Origin: Octopus vulgaris
Lineage: Eukaryota
Assembly: GCA_951406725.2 (NCBI GenBank)
Contig: OX597817.1
Span: 62,186,001 to 62,250,000 of the forward strand
DNA length: 64,000 nucleotides
Reading direction: 5' to 3'
Below are positions 57,553 through 64,000 of the stretch, piece by piece (within the stretch, counting starts at the first letter, position 1; every line of letters begins with the position of its first letter). Made by a program: the position numbers and the translations under genes. Below the pieces are notes generated by a model, which ran no database searches, had not been told where the DNA came from, and saw only the letters and a program-made list of their open reading frames with translations.

Positions 57553-58325
57553 TTATATATGTACTTAATTATATACATACATACATACATTCATGCACAT
57601 ATTATTGCCTCTTTGTGTATGCAAGTTTCTTCCATTTTCCTTCTAGCGTTCATCATTTGCCGGGATTTGTAGAGAAGTGGTCACTAACTATCATCGACGA
57701 TTGGTTTCATGACATAGGAAATCAATATAATTCTCAAAGCCACCTAATAACAGGTTGCCATGTCGCAGGATCTCACTACCAACCCATTCAGCCGACGCTA
57801 AGTGCAATAATAATTACCGATATACTTTGTCCACGATACAAGTAATATCCGTCGATATTTGAACTTGTTTGATAGTAAATTGATTTCCAGCTTGAAATCT
57901 TTTGTATTTATGAAATTAATCATAATTCTATTTGCCAAATTTGCTAATTAATATCGTTATTCCCTTTCTATATCTCTCTCAATCATCTTTAATTCGGACC
58001 GAAGCTCTCGTTCTGTGACCCCACCCTCCGTTGCTTGTGATGTATTCACACTCCCCGGCTTACCCTTTCTCTTAATCACTCTTTGATTGTCTGCTGTCTC
58101 TCTCTCCTTCTCTCTCTTTTTCTCTCTCTTTGCTCACTGTTTCTCTGTCTGTATCTCTCTCTTTTTCTTTCCTCTCTCTCTCTCTCTCTCTGTCCTTCCC
58201 AATCACACAAACGCAGGAACACATACATAAACACGCAAAGACGCAGAAACATGCCCACACACACACACACTGACAGGCAAACATGTAAGCACTCAAATAC
58301 ACACACATATATGTCCCTTTCTTTT

Positions 58326-58387
<62 letters not shown>

Positions 58388-58441
58388 TGTGTATATACAT
58401 ATATATATATATAGTCTGAAACATCCACACACATGTCCCTG

Positions 58442-58487
<46 letters not shown>

Positions 58488-59963
58488 GGGTCATGTGTGT
58501 GCGTGAGTGGGTCTTTCTGACTGTCTTCCTCCATTTCACTTTGTAATATTCATCCTACAAAATCGGCCATCTAAATGATTTATTCGAAATACTTCCACAA
58601 TACACACATGCATACATATCTGCATATATGCATTCATACATGCACATATTCAAACATACATACATACAGATAAACAGAACCTGGTTCATATTCACTATCA
58701 TACCGACAGCCTTCCATCATTCCGCAGCCACTTAAACCATGCAGAAAAGTCGTACGAAATCTATACGTTCAACAGTAACATCAGTTAAATCATCCGTCGC
58801 TCTTCTTATAACCGATATCAAAGAACATCAAATGCAAAGAAACATTACAAGCAGCAACAAAAAAAATGCAAACAAAGACTATCAATAATAGGCATCACGT
58901 ATAGCATTCGATAGACATCTATAGTTGAAAAAAAAAACGTCCGAAAGAATACAAGCATACTAATGACAACCACATATGCTATGTTTTCTTAACTGAAATG
59001 AAAAGCAACAATTTTGTACCACCAATGCATTAGAGTCGTCATAGACAATACCTATTCAATGCGCATTCATTCAATCTCTGTTCAACTGTTTAATGGATCA
59101 ATCCATTATCTATCAAACCGATCATTTTACCGCTGCACTCATATGCATTGTTCTTTGTCTTGATTTTTGGTATTGCTTTAATATTTTGCTGTGTTATTTC
59201 ATGTATTTTGCTATGCCCATGCTGGGCCATCGCCATCAGAGGATTTTGTTAGTCATTACGATACAATCAATTGGTTTCGTCTTGTAATTATTTTACCGAT
59301 ACTTAATTAGCGAGTGATCATGAGTGCACATTTTCTCGGATGCTTGTGCAAGCGAATATACTCGTGCCATGTAGCTTGCCCGAGGGCGTTTATACATCCG
59401 TATTTGTTAACGGTTATTTTTGATATTTTTCTCGCTGTAATGCGTGTTCGTTTCTCCTTTTTTCCTCATCTATGATTTTATTTTTGATCTTCTATATAAA
59501 GGAAGATATTTCCTCCGTCTGGCTGTTTTTCTTTCTACAAAACGAGACGTTACATTCCGAACAGTTATTTTAACGAGCTGCAACTATTTATCACCCGACG
59601 AGATACATCTGCACTGCCGGATGCTCCGGAACAAGTTGTTGAGTGTCCCACCCACGAGGGAGCGGAAGTAGATGTGCCGAAACGAGTATAAATTCTCGTA
59701 TACTCCATCTTCTGTCTTTCATTTGCCATATACATAACGATTACTGAAAAACTGACCGTGCTTAACCAGTGAGCTACCAGATGTAAAGCATTCGTTTTAC
59801 TATCCAATATATTATTGCTTATAATAGCATCAGTGGGTCAACATACGTAAACATCACCTAACGGTAAAAAATTATCGATTAATGATTAAAGGTACTAACA
59901 AGCAGTACCGACATACAAAACATAGTAGTGAAAATGACCAAACCACAAACTTTTACCTGAACA

Positions 59964-60146
59964 CAGCGAGTCCTACTAACCGCAGGGTAATAGAAATTAA
60001 TTATCTCACCAATGTGTGCGATGACCGTTTAAAATTTTTATTCACTTCAATCACTCTTTTTAATTTGCTGTGGCATTAAAAACGCTCATCGTATACATTG
60101 GGGAGATTAATAATTTCTACAACCGTGGGGTCAGTAGGACTCGCTG
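59964..60146. mobile_element. MITE (~183 bp) with ~65-bp imperfect TIRs
   Basis: cagcgagtcctact...tagaaatta...tctcaccaatgtgtgcgatga / tcatcgtatacattggggaga...taatttcta...agtaggactcgctg. Confidence 0.8.
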
Positions 60147-60329
60147 AAGATGAACTAAGAGCTTTTCTCTCAAAGTTCGAAATCACGCTAATATATTCAT
60201 ACACCTATAAAAACGCAAATGCGCACAGAAGCCCCGATATATACGTATGCGCCTAATCTAGTGTTTATAGTACACTTGTATACCACGTTCTTAGCAATAC
60301 ATTGGTTATGTAAAGGGCAACTTGATCCA

Positions 60330-60562
60330 GCCGTGCATTAGCATAACTGTTTGATTTTGTTGGTTTGTGTACATCGAGCGCTGGAGGGATTGGTTCTGTA
60401 CAGTATGTCGGTTGTGAATATTATCGTTTTATTATCACTAGGTATTCTCAGTTTATTATTTGAATTGTTACTGATGTTAAGTTTTGGATGATTATCGTGG
60501 ATATTGTAATTATTGCTCTGTTGATTAGTAGTATGAAAAAAAATCATCTAAGTATTATCTTT
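60330..60562 (-). pseudogene. Highly degraded Penelope-type reverse transcriptase remnant
   Basis: Minus strand YLDDFF, then (shifted frame) NHPKLNI...IIFTTDILYRTNP, resembling the PLE RT YxDD / HP.I.F / TDIY.KPT motifs; adjacent to a hammerhead. Confidence 0.4.
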
Positions 60563-60767
60563 CTTCCAACTTCTACTTCATCTTCTTTCTCTTAACAGTT
60601 ACAACAGCGATCGTTCATTATGTCATTTTCTCGAAACTAGAAAGTACACTTTCCGCGCTCATATTTAAATTTTTCTGCGTTTCAATAAATTTTCTCTGAT
60701 TTTGCTCATTCTCGAATTTGATGGATATATAGCAGTACCTAAGTCGACTCAAGAAATCTCAAGTGAG

Positions 60768-60831
60768 ACTTTTTATTGATGTACCTGAAGAGACCCAGAA
60801 CGGGTCGAAACGTGTTGTATCCAATAAAGTC
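60768..60831 (+). ncRNA. Type I hammerhead ribozyme with canonical core
   Basis: (gact)ttttattgatgtac CTGAAGA GACCC agaac GGGTC GAAAC gt GTT gtatccaataaagtc: complete CUGANGA/GAAA core, 5-bp stem II, extended stem I, GUU triplet at 60814-60816. Confidence 0.85.
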
Positions 60832-61201
60832 TATTTCACATTCCATCTCCTATTATATTATTAATGTTACCCCAACCGCCACTACGAAGTTCCTGCAAGA
60901 AATCTACTGGTAACTACAGGCAATCGAAAATGTGCCAGTGCTTTACTCATCATTTATTTGTATATTTTGTACAATTTCTATATTGTATATATATATATAT
61001 ACACATGCGCACACACACGCGTCACACACACACACGAACCTATATGATTTGGTATGATAAATAGCGAAGAATCAGGTATACGAACTAGAAGATGGATACA
61101 CACAGATACACACTTTCACGTGATAGAAATTAGAAATGACTCATATATACCAACTAAGATCCATACATATGGGTGTATGTATATACATTGTGTCACACAG
61201 T

Positions 61202-61279
<78 letters not shown>

Positions 61280-61358
61280 GACAAATATAAACTCTACCGT
61301 TTATATAAATATAGAAATATATGCACAAACTCTCACAGAGACAAACACGCGTACATAA

Positions 61359-61389
<31 letters not shown>

Positions 61390-61549
61390 AACGACGAATA
61401 TAAACGTTGCCATAATCTCTATAATCAATAACCTACTGTTTTCTTGCCACTCCAAATATCAATCGATGTTTTATATTTATCGGTTTGTTTTCCTTTCCGT
61501 TTATCAATATATCAATTTCCATTTATGCTCTTATTTGTCATGTTTCGAT

Positions 61550-61601
<52 letters not shown>

Positions 61602-62772
61602 GAGAGAGAGAGAGAGAGAGATAGAGAGAGAGGGGGAGAGAGAGAGAAAGAGAGAGAGAGAGCTTTGTTTATATACAACCACAATTTCTTCAGAACTATT
61701 GAAGATACTAAAATCTGGCAATACAAATTTTAAATGTATAACCATCATAATAATACCTTACATTAAGTGCTTTCATTATATACTACCTCCGAAACCAGAC
61801 CGAAAATCCATTCATTTCATTTATATGAGTCATTATCTTTCGCTTGGAATCTATTGTGATCGTCATCCAAGTGAATATCACTGCATGGCTTCCTTTAACG
61901 TTGAAATATTCAGATATGTTTTGACAGACTCATAGATGCCGATAAAGCAGAGTTGAGAAATTTAAGAAAGTGAAAACTTTTTATAAAAATGGTTTGTCTG
62001 GTTAAGACCAAATAATATACATTTAAATAGCGAGTCAAAGATATAGAGTAAAAGATATAGGTTATTGTGTTACAGTTGAACTGTCGAATAGACAAAACGA
62101 AATAAACTGTGTCGAAATAACTGTATCGTAGACTTGACTTCGAGTAAGTCTAGCACTAGTCTGAAAAAAGCGTACACTAAACATATAAGAACTGATGAAA
62201 TATACAGAAATCTTGTTAAATTTATATACGCTTCAAAGTCATGCGCTCCGGGAAAAAAAAGCAGACATTCATGGTGAAATAAAGACCTCTTTAGCATGTT
62301 CAAATGATGCAAAATGCACGCGTAGGGATATAATCAACTAAATTATTTTAGTATGCTGAAAACAACGAAACTGTTTATAGTTAAAGTTGAATCTTCAGCG
62401 AAATATTTTTAAACCTAATCAGGCTATTAATTCCAAGTTTAGAGGTCAATGTGTTTTAAATATTTATCTCTGGGAATCTGTGTGGCCGGAGATGTTTTTA
62501 ACAAATAAACCATTTTGAGGTTATCTTAAGTGTTTTGTGGTTATTATGTGTTCTATTCATGGAGGTATGTTTAATAAAAATGAAAACATCGTCATCATCA
62601 TCATCTTTTATTGTTAATAGTTTGAATGGAAAGCAACGGTACCAAGAAACGAAAGTAATGAGAAACGTCGGAAAATTATGTTGCTTGGGCAGCTTCTGTG
62701 ATTCAGTGTAGATGAGAGTAAATTCGAAAGAGTGAATGATTGTAGTCCCTGTCATTTCAATATTTGTATTAG

Positions 62773-62813
62773 TTCCGGTGGTTTACATCGACCGAAACAT
62801 GATAACGCTGATG
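62773..62813 (+). CDS. Candidate 41-nt micro-exon (xPVVYIDRNMITLM or SGGLHRPKHDNAD)
   Basis: Acceptor tatttgtattag, strong donor ATG|gtaagt, CpG-containing unique sequence; two open frames. Confidence 0.3.
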
Positions 62814-63477
62814 GTAAGTACGACTGTGTTCGGTTCCTCTTGTCTGTCAATAATCTCTCCCCTTTACCCTTCTATCTTCTCTCTCTTCTCTCTTCCCCCT
62901 TTCTCTCTCTAACTGTCTTTCTTTGATTCTATCGTTGTCTACGGTTTGTTCTATTTATATATACTCACTCATCTGAATCAAATCTTAACTTATTTACAAT
63001 CCTCAGTATTTGACTCATCAGTAATTTTGGCGATAGCAATCAATAAAATTGATGCGTAACTGGTTGGCGTCGATGAGATTTTTCATGACGTCAACACTCA
63101 ATTTGGATGATCCGGATCTTGTTCAGGAAAATTTCCTAAAATGGAAACCAAGCAGTCTGGGTTCAATTTGAAGCGAAAACATGCTACACATATATACATA
63201 GTAGGAAGTTGATTCATATGCAATTTTCATAACTAAGGACGAAATACATAAACCGAAGAATTAACTTTTTCATTATAGAAGACCTCCCTTCCTACATCCA
63301 TGTGGTATATAGAATAAAAGTAATTATCTATTTTATTTTATTCAATCATCGTTTAGTTGGTCTTTTAACCATCAAATGTTCCCCAATCAATACTTCATTC
63401 AGGCGAGGTAAGCAGTAAAAGTACTTCAAATATGACTTAAAATGTCTGTAATACCCATATGGATGATCATCGATATA

Positions 63478-63695
63478 TCGATTTCAAATTTTGCTACAAG
63501 GTAAGCCATATCGGAGGAAGCGATAAGTCGTTTACATCGATCCCCGTGTTCAACCGCTACTTATTTCATTGAGCCTGAAAGGATGTAAGGGCAAAGTCGA
63601 CCTCAGCAGAATTTGAAATCAGAACGTTAAGTCGGACGAAATGCCGTTAAGCAATTTACCTGGCTTACTAAAGATTCTGCCAGCTCCCCGCCTTG
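63478..63695 (-). mobile_element. SINE family B
   Basis: gcaaagtcgacctcagcagaatttgaaatcagaacg...gattctgccagctccccgcctt. Confidence 0.8.
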
Positions 63696-64000
63696 GTGAT
63701 GATTATATTGCAAATTTAGGCAGAAGACCAGTAATTTATATCGTACGCTTAAGTCAATATTCACCAATCTCAGTACTTCAGCAATGTATGATATTAACCT
63801 TGGTAGGAGGACAGGCAAACTTGACTTCTGCGAAATTTGAATTCAGAACGTTAACAATGCTATCAGCACATCATTTCATTTACCATCATAGAACTGGAAA
63901 GAAAATTACAAGGAGTGGTCTTTAAGGGGTGGCGCGGCCATCTGAAAATAGCAATAAAATTTCACTCCGTTAAAACCTACTGTTTAAAATTGGAAGGATA

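Noticed and set aside
57615-57845. 76-aa ORF after a plausible acceptor
   Set aside because: No strong donor and no recognisable protein motif.
63000-63170. Exon-like GC-richer stretch
   Set aside because: The minus-strand acceptor is followed by early stops in all frames, and the + strand frame lacks convincing splice sites; nothing recognisable.

Overview
AT-rich, repeat-dense eukaryotic non-coding DNA. The abundant (TA)n/(CA)n/(TAA)n/(GATA)n tracts and tRNA-derived SINEs look like an octopus/cephalopod genome (inference, not verified). There is no intact multi-exon host gene and no prokaryotic feature; most ORFs in the track are microsatellite artefacts. The window holds decayed Tc1/mariner and DD37D elements and MITEs, two Chapaev3-like remnants, an Academ-like fragment, a complete non-autonomous Helitron, a 5'-truncated CR1-like LINE, an RTE-like 3' end, a ~7 kb pile-up of R4/Dong-like retroelements in (TAA)n, and about 17 SINEs. 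Highlights: (1) a minus-strand recursive-splice-site signature (branch point, polypyrimidine tract, AG|GTAAGT, then a 94-nt exon with stops in all frames and a second GTAAGT donor); (2) about 10 minimal hammerhead-ribozyme motifs in Penelope-like terminal repeats, nearly all with palindromic helix III (dimer-type), including a G3-C8 compensatory core variant and a recurrent U6 variant; (3) four or five hairpin-shaped insertions in (TA)n; (4) a SINE and a LINE sharing a 3' tail; (5) two isolated + strand candidate micro-exons.
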